In this document: positions 1-13,270 of the stretch, in pieces
Layout: every line of letters begins with the position of its first letter
Numbering within the stretch: position 1 is the stretch's first letter
Assembly (NCBI GenBank): GCA_951406725.2
Contig: OX597821.1
Coordinates: 50,778,001-50,842,000 of the forward strand
Length of the DNA: 64,000 nt
From: Octopus vulgaris
Lineage: Eukaryota
Reading direction: 5' to 3'
The notes under the pieces: model-generated
The model's database searches: none
Told to the model about the DNA's origin: nothing
The model's input: only the letters and a program-made list of their open reading frames with translations
Translations under genes and position numbers: made by a program

Positions 1-1890
1 TACTCTCATAAAAAGCCTCCAACTAGCTTATAAACAACAAAACTGGCCCAGGCTGAAATGTGATAAGAAACTTAGCTCTTGATTTGTAGAGAAATTTTTA
101 CTGCGACCCGGCAACGAACAACAAGCACTAGCACTAGACTCGGCAACGTGGGGTCATAGTGCTAGTAAAGAAACAACTTCTCCACGACAACTGTTAGTTA
201 TGATGGTTGTGAATTTGTGTCCATAGGCATTTAATTTCAGCTGTCTGGATTCTGTCCAAGAAGAACCACTTCGGATGAAAGCGATTAGTTAATATTTTTG
301 ATCTCTTGCTAAGTGACTACATTAATATCTAGAACTTTTCACTTAAACAAAAGATGGAATTCTTTGATACACTGAAGTTAGGAGTGTTTGTTTCAAATAT
401 GACTCAGGTCATTAGAGGGCATTTAACGCAATTCTTCGTGAGTTTCAAAGCGAATTGGAACAGTAAAATGACGTGTTGTCTGTTCCTTCAATTAATATGT
501 GTAGATAGTATTTGTAGCTTCTGGCAGTAACGTCTTTTGAAAGTGTCTGTAATCATTTCCGTATAATCTGCTTTCGATAACAACCAGGAGAGTTATAAGA
601 ACTAAAAATCTTTGCTTTTGACCAACAGGCTACCTTAAATTAGAAGGGATTTTTACCGCTACAAATTATCTTTCTGTGGATATGTGTTGTTGGGTATCGT
701 GTATCATCTCATAAGCTGTGTTGTTTATGTGAGAATAACTTACTTTAATGATATGTGTGTTGAAAAGCTTATTATATTTGTAGGTCGTCGGAAGTCTTGT
801 TTGACAGAGCTAGAATTTTCTAGTCCCATTAAGACGTAAACCGAATTCTCGACATTGAAATACACTTGTCATATTGCATGCTGAGTTGTTACTGTTGATG
901 TTTTGACGACTTCAGATCAGCTTTGATGGAGTAGGCCTATAACAGAGGGAATTTAAACTGTAGTCATTCTGTTTCTGTTCAGGTGTACCTGCAACCACAG
1001 TTATAGTATTATTTTGTCAAAGATTTGGCTGCTACTCCTAAAATATCGGCTGCCAGTTTAGGAGCATCCTCGTCACATCGACTAATATTCTGTGTTGCAG
1101 ACGTATATTTATCCATATACAGATCTTCCTGAAATCGCTTGCGTTAACATAAGTGTAAGGGCAAAGTATTAGCATCATGGCCTAAATCTTTAGGCCATGA
1201 CTTTCTTCATTTCTGAGTTCTTTCTCAGTAACCAATTGACTTGCCACATTTCCCCGTCGACTATTTTATGAATAAAGTCACATCTGCCTGCCAAATTATT
1301 ATGTTTTGTCTTTCTGTAGTATAATAACATATTTCTCTCTACGAAAGCTGTGTAGTGCTTCCATACTACTGTTCTAGTCGTCAAAATATAACTGTTTTTG
1401 GTGAACGTGTTTGTCTGTGAGTGTACATATGTGAATGCGCGCGTGTGTGTTCGCGCGAGTTTGTGTCTGTTTACGTTTTGTGTGCGTGCGTATATGTGTA
1501 TGCAAGCTATAATATATTGAATCGCTGTTACAGTTTCGATAGCTAAGTAGATTTTATGAATAAGATATGTAAGGATTATTGATGGCTTCGTTGATTAATT
1601 TTGCTTTTTGCTATAGTCGTTTTCAAATGAGAGTAGTTAAGATTCATGAAAGTTTCCCATTACATAGGCATCAAATGGTGTAATTAATTATAATTTAACA
1701 AGGCAAAATAAAGCTGGAAAGAAAACGAAGGAAGGATACAGACAGTGCTGTGGTTAAAAAGTTCACTCCAAAACGGTGTTATTACACGTTCGATCCCACT
1801 GTACGGCACTAAGGGTGGATGCTTTACCCTGAAACCTTGGGTTGACCAATATCTTATGGGTGAAATTTGATAGGAGGAAGCCGTATAATA

Positions 1891-3184
1891 CATGGTGGAG
1901 TAGAGAGAACGGACGTTTTTGAAAAATTCACAAAATCATTAATTTTAGCTGCAAGCAAATTTTATTGACATCAATGTGTTTGTATTGAAATAGCATTTGT
2001 CAAAATCAAGTGTGGAAAACAACATCCATCATATGGTGTCCGTTTTCATTGATGCATTTCTGAAGGCGTTCTTGGAAGTTGGCCTCCACTCTCTCCAGCA
2101 TTGCTCTGCCGATTTGGGCGATTTCCACACGAATATCTTCTTTCAAATCGTCCAATGTACGGGGCTTATGCACGTACACACGTGCCTTAAGGTTTCCCCA
2201 CAAGAAATAATCACACATGGACAAATCAGGGGACCGAAGAGAGGGCGCAGAACGTCCATTGATGATGTGGCTGTGTGGGCCGTCGCCCTATCGTGTTGAA
2301 ACCACACACGTCGAATAGGCATATGTTTTCGTCGTAATTCAGACACAAAGACGTAGTTTATCATCTCGATGTAACACTTAGAATTCACAGTAACAGCGTT
2401 TCCATTATTGTCTTCAAAAATGTAAGGACCAATGACGGTAGCTTTTCCAACAGTACACCTGACAGCCACTTTTAGGCTGTGTAGTGGTCTTTCGTGCAGT
2501 CCGCTCGGATTTTCGAAAGTCCAATGATGATAGTTCTGTTGATTCACCATACCATTGAGAAGAAAATGAGCTTCGTCCCTCATTAACAAAATGAGGTTAT
2601 CATTTGCCTCAAAAATTGCTTCCACCTGACGTGCGAAGTTAATCTGCTGTGTATAGTCCCATGGTTTCAACTGTTGCTCAATGACCAATTTATACGGATG
2701 GATATGCAGGTCTTCATGCAAAATATGCCTTACCGATTGATTATCAAGGCCAAGTTCAGTGGAATGCCTCAGAACAGAGCGATTCGGACTCCATATCAAA
2801 GCTAGTTTGATACATTCCACATTTTCCGGGATCCGTACCGTTCGTGGCGCCACCACCGGTCTCCTATTCATTAGTGTACCTCGAGTACGAAGTGCATTCA
2901 CTCACCCAATGTAAGATTGTGTTACGGGTGGAAACAGGCCGGTTTCGGTGAATGTTGAAGTGGCGTCAAAACTCACGCAGAACTACTGTGACAGACTCGT
3001 TATTCTTCACGTAAGTGTCGTAGGTAAACAGGCAATGCTCTATCGTCTACAGTATCATGGCTTTACCTGAAAAAGAAAATGCTCAAACACCAAGGACAGA
3101 ATGATATCTGCCGGACATATCTCCCTCCCCCTGGGGCTGAGTAATAGCCATTTCGAAAACGTCTGTTCTTTCTGCTCCACCCTG
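1891..3184 (-). mobile_element. Tc1/mariner DNA transposon (Tc3/rosa-like DDD transposase), full length and decayed
   Basis: ~34-bp imperfect TIRs (CATGGTGGAGTAGAGAGAACGGACGTTTTTGAAA; right end reverse-complements to CAGGGTGGAGCAGAAAGAACAGACGTTTTCGAAA) with TA on both flanks. ORFs 2143..2901 (DEAHF, WFQHD) and 2006..2224 (CDYFLWGNLKARVY). Confidence 0.93.
2006..3060 (-). pseudogene. Frameshifted mariner-family transposase
   Basis: HTH region, DEAHFLLNG, IGPYIFED, WFQHDRATAH and CDYFLWG motifs split across reading frames; deletion near the WPPRSPDL motif. Confidence 0.88.
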
Positions 3185-3904
3185 TATGTGCATAGTGAAT
3201 CCAGACTGACGGTAATTTTTATTAAGATATACTTTTTAGCCGTACGCAATTTGTATTGCTTGGTTCAACCCATGTGTGGTACAATGCACTTAACTATAGA
3301 TGCGTTCATATTGAAATTGTTAACATAATTTCCTCTAAATGTGGTACATGACTACTAAAGACCGTTTTATGCCTCTTTTCTCCGTCCCTGAAACTGGGTT
3401 TATGGTTTCGAAAACAGATTTTAAAGCTGTCTTCATCCATAATATTGCAGGAGTTTTTTATTTGCTTACAGCTTGCTAAAAGATCGACTTTCTTGAAACA
3501 TACGGCTTTGCATCAACGGTAGCATTATTTTTGCTTTACAGTATCTAAGCTAATCTTTGTTTAAGATTACCTATTATGATACTACCGATCATTTTAGTAT
3601 ATGATCTTGACATCATTTCTTTAAAACAAACGTATAGTTCTCACAATGAAGTGAACGTATTTCTTAACTAGTGCTAAGAAGTGTCCGGTTATGTTTGAAT
3701 TTCCTGTTTAAGATAAGAGAAAGTTTAACTATATATTTCATTATCTGGACTTGAAGGAAAGTCAAACTACAAGTTTATATGGGGCTATTACGAAAAATCG
3801 CCATCAGTATAAGTGATATTTCTCAGCTGATTCGTTATCTGCTGATTGTTACCTTACATAGGACTTGAAGTAAGTGAAAAAAATAGATAACTAAAATATT
3901 AAAT

Positions 3905-4047
3905 AATCTTGGCTATTATAGGTACAAGGCCTGAAATTTGGTGGAGGGGGACTAGTCGATTACATCAACCCCAGTGTTTAACTGGTACTTAATTTATCGA
4001 CCACAAAAAGATGAAAGGCAAAGTCGACCTCGATGGAATTTGAACTG
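3905..4047 (-). mobile_element. SINE family A, partial
   Basis: Reverse complement of GTCGACTTTGCCTTTCATC...GTCGATAAATTAAGTACCAG core and GGCCTTGTACC tail. Confidence 0.8.
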
Positions 4048-4124
4048 ATACGATATTAAATAATAACTTTATTGTTGTAGTGACTATTCCTTGGTTCACT
4101 CGTCGTGCATAATACTGATTGTTA

Positions 4125-4420
4125 TATCCTAATCACATGATTCTGGGTTCAGTTCCACTGTGTGGCATCTTGCTCAAGTGTTGTCTACTATAATCCCGGG
4201 CCGAACAAAGCCTTGTGAGAAATTTGTCAGACAGAAACTGAAAGAAGCCTATACATGTTGTGTACGTACTCATAACCTAGTGGTTCGGCGAAATATATCG
4301 ATAAAGTAAGTACTGGGACTGGGTATAGCAAAATAGGTATTGAGACAGATTTGTTCGACTAAAACCATTCAAGGCAGTGCCCCAGCATGAGCGAAGTTCC
4401 ATGAGTTAAACAAGTAAAAA
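4125..4420 (+). mobile_element. SINE family B (OR-like, CR1-type tail), decayed
   Basis: GGGTTCAGTTCCACTGTGTGGCA head/core, GAAACTGAAAGAAGCC, tail AAGGCAGTGCCCCAGCATG...AAACAAGTAAA. Confidence 0.78.
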
Positions 4421-5099
4421 CCAATGCACACACAAACATGTATTCCTACACAAAGCTGAAATCTTCAGTGTCGATAAATGATAGAGGGAAATAAATATCT
4501 ATACGTCAATATTTTCTTTACGGTGTTTCTTGACATTATGAGACCAAAGGTTTGTCAGTGAGACGGATTGTACTTGATTATATTCATTTTACTCATCAAC
4601 CTGACAAGATTTCAGCATGGAGGCTAACAAGGTGAAATTTAATACTTTAATATTAATAACATACCCTGGTGTTCTGTCATTTCCTCCGTCACTCCTCTAC
4701 ATATATTAACATAATTATACGTACTGGAAACCACTGGAAATTCCACGTGATTCGCTAATGAATATAACTAGATGAAAACAACTTGTTCAGTTAATAAGGA
4801 TAATCTTTTTCTTAAGCATACGAGGCCCAATCATTTATAAGGGAGGTTGTATAGTGATTAAAGTGACAACAAAATATTACTGGTATCAATAAAGGCCAAT
4901 AAAATAGTCACAGCATGATTGCTCGAACCTCCGCCACACCAGATCTGTCGTCTTCGATAAAGATATATTGGACAATGTAGTTGGGTCTACATTATTTCTG
5001 TAAAAAAAAAACCCATGTGGTCGTCATGGTTAGAATATCTTTGATTATATAGGCTCGATCAGAGCTCTTTCGTGACTAAGCAACAACCAAGCAACAATA

Positions 5100-5353
5100 G
5101 GAGGTGCGTGGCTTTGTGGTTAGGGTGTTGGACTCATGATTGTAAGATTTTAGTTTCGATTCCCAGACCGGGCGACGCGTTGTGTTCTTGAGCAAAACAC
5201 TTCATTTCACATTGCTCCAGTCGACTCAGCTGTCTAAAAATGAGTAATCCTGCAACGGACCGGCGTCCGTCCAGGTGGAGAATACATACGACATGAAACC
5301 GAGAAACAGGCTCTTATGAGTCGGTATCACTCGAGAAGGTAACTTTACTTTAC
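5100..5353 (+). mobile_element. SINE family C (tRNA-derived)
   Basis: A box TGGCTTTGTGG, B box GTTTCGATTCC, core GTGTTCTTGAGCAAAACACTT, tail (CTTTA)n; second copy on - strand at ~43060-43305. Confidence 0.8.
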
Positions 5354-5540
5354 TAAACAACAATAACAAAAACTGGTGCCTATTTCATGGAAACTGGAAA
5401 GATTGACGGCAAAACTGATCGAAGTCAATATCTGAACTCAAAACGTAAAGTGATGAAGATAAAAGATTCCAAAACGTATTTCGTCAGTTTCCCTATCGAG
5501 CCTGTCAACTTATCACCCTTTTTATCTCAACCATATTAAA

Positions 5541-6309
5541 TGTCACAAGAAATAGTTCTTATTGCCTATATCGATCCACCCAATGCTTTTTTCTCGCCTG
5601 CTATACCCGGCAGGTTTTGGGGGTCCACTCCTCCGGCATATACTCTTTAGGGTTCTATCAGAAGCCACGTTCATTACACTTTCTGGCTGGATTTCCAAAC
5701 GTGGCCAAAATGGATATAAGCCAACCATCTCGATCTTGGTCTACTCCTGGATCTCCTGCCGGTTGGCTCGGCTTGTAAAATCGGCCATGCGATTCTTTCC
5801 TGTCAAATATCTACAGTTACTGGAGCTTGTCAATGCGAAGAAATAGTGACTGAATCTGGAGAGATTCACCGAACCCTTCCTACTGGACCTGGAGAGACTT
5901 CCTGACTCCCAGCTGCTGTACCCTGTATCCTGTTGAGTAACGTTACTCCAGAGATCATTAGGAGAAACCCCATTTCAACTGCTTGTATTCGCAACTACAT
6001 TGGTATATAAACTGTTACAAACTACCAAGCCATACTCGCTCTCAGAGACAGCTGGCTGTACTACTTTTGTATCTGTGTACCTACTAAATACCATGTTAGG
6101 CTACTTCACCCAATCAACTTCATCATGGTCACCTGTCTTATATGCGTGCAATAATATTACACCACCCTCTTCTCTCTAACCCATCAAACAATAAACATTT
6201 CATATAACTTCACTGTTTTGTAGTTAATGTCAGAATGTAGAAACATATATAACCGAAAAAGCGCATCAGCGATTTGATATCAAATCTCAGTAGTATGGAA
6301 GCTGTGGCA
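5541..6309 (+). mobile_element. Possible solo LTR
   Basis: TGTCACA...TGTGGCA termini (TG..CA with short inverted repeat), TATATAAA at ~6004, AATAAA at ~6190; no clear TSD. Confidence 0.42.
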
Positions 6310-6859
6310 TTTCAATACGAGAGAAGTAGCGACTCAATATGGAGGGACCCTACCATTATTTTAAGAACCTTTTAGTTAGCAGGAAAAGTGGTGTCCCAGA
6401 CACTTTACAGTGCTTCCGTGATCGGTAGGAGGAAGTAAGAAAGATATCCTAAATCCAGAGACCTGATCCGACTGTTTGAAACGAAATGAAATGAACTCTG
6501 CTAATAGCACCCAGGGTGTTGTGTGGGCATGTCAAAGCGAATGATAGATTAAGTATACCACCCAAGACTTAATGAGGCGTTTACTGTTTGTCACTTGATA
6601 TTCTCTGGGAATTTATATATAGCGCCCTGAGACATTGGATTAAAGCAATGTGAAATGTTAATGAATTATATTTATTAGTTTGACACTAATTGCATCTCTT
6701 CTCTTTCTTCTGTTTAAGTGTTTCCCTGCGTTGCTATCAAATTAACAAGTGGCTTATAGGTGTAGTAAGGTGTACTCATGTGTGTGTGAATAAAGCGGTA
6801 TGTGTCTGTGAATCTGTGTATCTGTTTCGTACATTTGCACATATACATAAATGTATTCA

Positions 6860-6860
<1 letters not shown>

Positions 6861-6932
<72 letters not shown>

Positions 6933-7199
6933 CCCGTAGGCTTTTCTTTCCACGGGTAAACCTCACCTGTCCTCCCCTTTACACTTCATATTGACATTTC
7001 TGTGATTACGATCCCTATTGATAAATTTTTTTTCCTCTCCCCCTTTTTTTTCCTCTCCCCCCTTCTTTTTGTCCTCTTTCTTTCCTCTTACGATCCCTTT
7101 TGATCGAAAACCAACCCCCTTTTTTTACCCCCACAAGAAAAGCTCTACCTTGTAATTTGTTCTGTCTGTGTGCAGCCCTGTGTGGCTAATAAAGAAACA

Positions 7200-7291
<92 letters not shown>

Positions 7292-7324
7292 CATCCATCC
7301 ATCCATCCATCCATCCATCCATCC

Positions 7325-7400
<76 letters not shown>
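6861..7400. repeat. (TATC)n/(TCCA)n microsatellite interrupted by a LINE 3' end
   Basis: Direct tandem repeats at 6861-6931 and 7199-7400. Confidence 0.95.
6932..7198 (+). mobile_element. 3' end of an L1/Tx1-like LINE (3' UTR only)
   Basis: Pyrimidine-rich UTR ending CAGCCCTGTGTGGCTAATAAAGAAA, embedded in (TATC)n; clade assignment is inferred. Confidence 0.5.
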
Positions 7401-7415
7401 GTGTGTGTTTGTTAT

Positions 7416-7612
7416 CTTTTACTTACTTTAATCATTGGACGGAGGCCGTGTTGAGGGACAACCTTGAAGGACTTTAGTCGAACAAACCGATCAAAGTAGT
7501 TATTCTTTTTAAGCCTAGCATTTATTCCATCGTCTATTTCACCGAACCGCTATGATACATGGACCTAAACAAGCCAAGACTGGTTGTCAAGCGGTGGTCG
7601 CTAACAAACACA
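7416..7612 (-). mobile_element. SINE family B, 3' half
   Basis: Similar to 22962-23155 (CCGAACCGCTA, GGTTGTCAAGCG). Confidence 0.7.
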
Positions 7613-7616
7613 ACCC

Positions 7617-7660
<44 letters not shown>

Positions 7661-7799
7661 ACACATGTATTTATACATATATATATACGTATATATAAAT
7701 ATGTGTGTTTTATATACATATACTTATATATATGTATGTATATATATATATATACATGTATATATATGTACAAATGTATATATATATATATATATACAC

Positions 7800-7981
7800 A
7801 ACAAAAGGGACATTTGCCATTTGAATGTGGCTAGGGACAGGGCAGGGCGGTGGGGATGTTACTGATGCATTTAGCCCCAGGCGATCATCAACGTCACCAG
7901 ATAGGCTGACGCCATCACGGTGTCCTCTATCCTGCAAAGGGAGATCATTCCCCGAAGAAGCGGATGCCACATACGGACCCA

Positions 7982-7985
<4 letters not shown>
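7800..7985 (-). mobile_element. Truncated copy of the HHR-associated repeat (same family as 18505-19099)
   Basis: Reverse complement closely matches 18509-18690; begins in (TA)n at AAAC-CUGG-GUC-CGUAUG, the 3' half of the HHR. Confidence 0.88.
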
Positions 7986-8037
<52 letters not shown>

Positions 8038-8121
8038 GGTTTGGTGATGCAAACAGGAAAAATAATTTATGTAGTAACGTACTACTCGGTCCTTGAGCCA
8101 CTCTGTTACATCTGCATAATG

Positions 8122-8192
<71 letters not shown>

Positions 8193-8197
<5 letters not shown>

Positions 8198-10575
8198 AGC
8201 AGAGAAGAAGGTGGGATAAGGAGGCAAACCGAACGGTAACTGAATGCGGGATCAGGAGTGAACCCAGCAGAAGGGGATTCCGACAGCGAATGAAAGCAAA
8301 ATGGAATGAGATAGAACTCTTCGAAACAAGTGAACAACGGTCAGTCGACCGGGCAAGAGGAATAAGAGCAAAAGGGTGGTTTACAGACATGGAAAATAGA
8401 GAAGAGATAAAAAGGAAAGTAGAAGATAGAAGTAATACTTCACCAACAGTTATCGTGCCCAGTGATAACAGAAAAACGAAAGGCGGCAGTGAAGACGTAG
8501 AGCAAAGTGTAAATGTAAATGCATTCTCAGCAAATATATATATATATATATCACAAGGATACGATGATGATCAACAAGACAGAGGTGAGGACGCTGTGTC
8601 GATATATGAGAAATGGCCACGATCAAGCATCCCCTCCCAACCTGAGGTACATGGATCGACGCAAACTCAAAGTTGAAACAGAAGAGGTAGATTCGGTTCT
8701 TGGGCTTTTCCAGACGAGAAATATTTCTGAAAATAACAAGATTATTTGGGCTGCAGTTATGGTTACTGCAGATAGCGTTGGATGCAAAAGAAAAGAACAA
8801 ACAGAACGTAAAGAACTATTCTGGCGTAGACGAATTTGTGAGAAACAAAGTATTGTGTGGGCGCCCCCAGACGATGAAGTAGGCTAGCCCAATACGTAGA
8901 TATAGAGGGAGAAGTCTAGAGGTCGACAGACTAGAGTCAGTAGAGAGAAGAGTAGTAGAGGCATCGGAAGTGCGATATAACAATGGCGACGATGATTTCG
9001 TAGCTCACGCAGCCACTGTGTAGTATTGCGACATAACACAAAGTTAAAAAGATATTTAGGACAAGTGGATAGATTGAGAAGAAGGGAATTGCAGAACGAA
9101 AGCACAAGAATAATGCTGGAAAGAACATATAGAATAAGCGATAAAGGTTATGATGTGATAGAAGAATTGAAACAAAGAGTAGTAACAATCAAAGATATGA
9201 CAATAGAAAAAGACACTTCCGGCAACACAGATTGTTTGAAGCAAATCAGAAGAAACTGTTTCAGAAACTAGATGGGCATATACACGTAACAATGATACCA
9301 GATGCAGAGGAACGCAAGATATTCTGGAGAGGGATCTGGAACCAGCCTGTACAGCATAATGATGAAGCGGGGTGGCTCCATGAAACCCAAGATAGCTTAA
9401 GAAATAAAGAAGTCCAAGAAGACATAAAGATAACTACAGAAATGATGAAAAAGCAGTTAAGAAAATCCCCAAATTGGAAGAGCCCAGGACCGGATGCAGT
9501 ACAAGGTTATTGGATGAAGAAGCTGGAAGGGCTCCATTAAAGGATAGCACAACAGCGAGATGAGTGCTTGCATCAAGGCGCAGTACTCAGTTGGATGACA
9601 AAGGGAGGGATCCTGACAAAGGAAATGTTGCATCCAACTTTAGACCAATAACATACCTTCCGCTAATGTGGAAACTAATGTCAGATGCTTTAGCTGGTGA
9701 ACTGTATAGATACTTGGTAAAAATTGGGTTGCTACCCATTGAACAGAAAGGGAGCCAAAGAAATGAACCGAGGAACGAAGGATCAGCTCTTAATTGATAG
9801 TCTAATTATCAGGATCTGCAAGAGAAGACATGCAAACCTGAGCATGGCATGGATTGATTATCACTAAGCATACGATATGATACTACACTCCTGGATAATA
9901 AGAACAATAGAAATTTATGGAGTAGCAGAAAATATGAGAAACCTGATATGGAATAGCCTGAAATACTAACGCAATTGACAGCAGGGAAGCAAGTATTAGG
10001 ATAGATGAAAATCAAGTGCGTCCCCACTGATATTCGTGCTGGGAATGATCCCCTTGAGTGAAATACTACAGAAAACAAAGTTGGGTTATGATCTGGGAAA
10101 AGGTGAGGGAAAACTGAAATACTTGCTATTCAAGGACAACCTAAAGCTATTCGCAAAAACTGTATCAGAACTGGACAGCCTAGACCAGTCTGTGCGGAGT
10201 TTCTACAATGATATTAAGATTGAGTTTGGACTCTCAAAATGTGCTATGATGGTGATAAGACGAGGAAAGAATGGACAGAAGGCATATGTTTACCAAGTGG
10301 TGAAATGATGAAGACAATTCAACCTCAATCCAGCTATAAATACTTGGAAATACTTGAGGCAGGTGGAATCAAACACCACGACATGAAGGAAAAGGCAAAA
10401 AGAGAGTACTTGTGGCGAGTGAGAAAAATATTGGCTTCAAAGCTGAATGCCAGAAACATAATTTCGGCAAAAAACTCGCGCGCAATCGCAGTAGTTCGGT
10501 ATGGCGCTGGAGTCCTGAAGGAGACAAAAGAGGAGCTAAAGGAGACGAACAGGAAGTCAAGAAAGCTCCTATTTG
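8193..10575 (+). mobile_element. R4/Dong-clade non-LTR retrotransposon, decayed and 3'-truncated
   Basis: Starts directly after (TAA)n. N-terminal SEPSRRGFRQRMK...SEQRSVDRARGIRAKGWF; RT motifs PNWKSPGPDAVQGYWMK, SNFRPITYLPLMWKL, LLFKDNLKLFA, YKYLEILE; many stops and frameshifts. Confidence 0.92.
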
Positions 10576-10684
10576 ATAAAAGATGTTTTTTTTAAAATTT
10601 ATATATATATATTATATTTTGTGAAATTTGATTTAGTATTTTTAAATTGAATTTTTCCCTGTAAGTTTGGAATAATATTCCCTC

Positions 10685-10866
<182 letters not shown>

Positions 10867-11289
10867 ATTTCCCCGAGTATATATGCATATGTAGAGAACA
10901 TGTATGTGCATGTGTGTATATGTGTGTAGAAAGAAACAAAGAAGAGAGAGAGAGGGGGAGAGAGTAAAAGAGAGAAAACGTTTGTGATATACGTATATAA
11001 ATAAAAATAAGGGTGTATGTTTATATATTGATAAAAACATGAAAAGAAAGAAAGAAAAATTGAATAATCCTGTATGTCCAAAATTATAGAATTGCAACAC
11101 AATTTGTAATCTAGATAGCAATAATTCATGTGAAATTTAAGATGGAAGTCTTACATACCATGGCAAAAAGAACAAAAAAAGAAAGAAATTAGTGTTGGTT
11201 TCTTTATTGTATGCAACAAAAGGTAGAAACTAACGAACACACGATAATCTTGTTGCATAAATCATCGTTCAGTAATCTGTCGCTTTCAA

Positions 11290-11876
11290 GGCGGCGAGCT
11301 GTTCAGAATCGTTAGCACGCCGGGCTAAATGCTTAGCAGTAAGTATTTCGTCTGCCGCTGCGTTCTGAGTTCAAATGCCGCGGAGGTCGACTTTGCCTTT
11401 CATCCTTTCGGGGTCGATTATATAAGTACCAGTTACGCAACTAGGGTCGATATAATCATCGACTTAACCCATTTGTTTCTCCTTGTTTGTCCTCTCTGTG
11501 TTTAGCCCCTTGTGGATAGTAAAAAATAGGTATTTCGTCTGCCGCTACGTTCTGAGTTCAAATTCCGCCGAGGTCGACTTTGCCTTTTATCCATTCGGGG
11601 ACGATTAAATAAGTACCAGTTATGCACCGGGATCGATATAATCGACTTAATCCGTTTTTCTGTCCTTGTTTGTCCTCTCTGTGTTTAGCCCCTTGTGGGT
11701 AGTAAAGAAATAGGTATTTTATCTGTCTTTATGTTCTGAGTTCAAATTCCGCCGAAGTGGACTTTGTCTTTCATCCTTTCGGGCTCGATAAAACACGTAC
11801 CTGTTGCATACTGAGGTCGATGTAATCGATTTAACCCTGCTTCGAAATTGCTGGCCTTGTGTCAAAATTTGAAACT
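11290..11876 (+). mobile_element. SINE family A head-to-tail trimer
   Basis: First unit has the tRNA-like head GGCGGCGAGCTG...GAGTTCAAAT; units 2 and 3 restart at GGTATTT after an AAATA tail. Confidence 0.9.
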
Positions 11877-12139
11877 GATAGTATGTCACTTAGTTATCGA
11901 TGTCACATAAGCAAATTTACATTCGGTTTGAGGAGTTGTAACACTAACTTTTTAATAACTTAAGCCATTCACTTTGCATCTTAACCATTCTTTGTAGAAT
12001 TTTAACATGTATATACGGTCAAAAATACACCCCGCTCCACAAAGTCGAGGTATAAGTAAAAGAGACTTGGTTTATTAGCTGAAGGCTCAGAAAAAATGGA
12101 GGAATTCTTTAACGCTTTGAGCCAAGGCTTTTTTTTACA

Positions 12140-13270
12140 GAAAAGATGGGGTAAAGAGCCCCTTCGGTCATGAATGACAATGGAATTGCACCTAGAAATT
12201 ACATCTAATGAAATTGATATTTAAACTTGTAAGTCAACGTTTGCAGAAAAAGTATAAGCAAAAAGAAGATCCAGTTGATCGATGTTCTTGGAAGAAGGAA
12301 TGGATATAGTGCGGAGTGAAGGAGGGTTGGATGAAAAGATGCGAAAAAGACGTGTGGGTCAGGCATGACTAAATGATGAAAGTACAAGACCAATCAGCTC
12401 CAAGGAGCATAGGCCGTTATAGTTGTGATTGAAAAGACAGAGGAAACGGGATGCTTGTGAGCCAGAGGCTGGAGTGTGTATGTTAATGATAGAGTACCAG
12501 TCAACCGAGTGACGTTCTCTAGATGCGGTCAAGAATGTCAGTGTGCGCAGCAGCAGCACTCTTACAAATGTAAGAGCATTACACCATTAAGGCCTCACTC
12601 GGGCCTTGAAGAGTTTCAACAGCTGGCTCTGAAGAGAAAAACAAAAAATTGGGAAGTGGTCCTGGGTTTAGTAAGGATGTTCTTTCAACGGAAGAGCTCC
12701 TTGCAACTGTGAGGACTCATGCTGAGTGCCATTCATGTTTCAGTTTTTGTTTGTGCTGTTAAATTAGACAATGTTGGTAAGGTCCCATTAGAGGAACTCA
12801 CACGATTTCCGTTTATGGAATCAGTGCAGGTTTCGTGTGCAGTGCCTAGGTGGTGTGGATGATGCATAGTTAGGGTAAGTTAGGAAAGAATGAAGAGCCA
12901 TGTCATCCGCATAAGTTTTGCTGGGCTTTGGAAGCAAGTCGGTCATGGATGTATAAAGGATGAGAGTGGGTAACAGAGCTAAGCCCTGGGGAATACCACA
13001 GTTGATTCAAAGTGGGGATAGAAAGAGCTTTGCTAACACATTCTACTACGATGTGATCGACTCGGAAACTACTGATCCAGGATATGAGAGATGCGTGGAG
13101 CCCGTTGGCAGGAAGTCTGATAGGAGATTTGCATGCCAGACACTATCGAAGGCCGTGCTATGTGCCGGAGCAACAACATTGCTTTCCCTGAACTTTTCCA
13201 AAGCGAATTCTCTATCGGAGAAACAGTTTTACATGGTCATCTGTAGTCCGAGATTGTATTGGTTTCTAGA
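12140..13270 (-). mobile_element. CR1/Jockey-group LINE, RT and 3' part, decayed
   Basis: Minus-strand translation gives AFDSVWHANL, INCGIPQG, YADD and LCLFNHNYNGLCSLELIGLV motifs. Confidence 0.8.

Noticed and set aside
100-166. Helitron-like 3' end (CGGCAACG...GCTAGT)
   Set aside because: Hairpin degenerate and no 5' end visible.
5543-5846. ORFs of 61 and 94 aa
   Set aside because: No recognisable motifs; they lie within the putative LTR.
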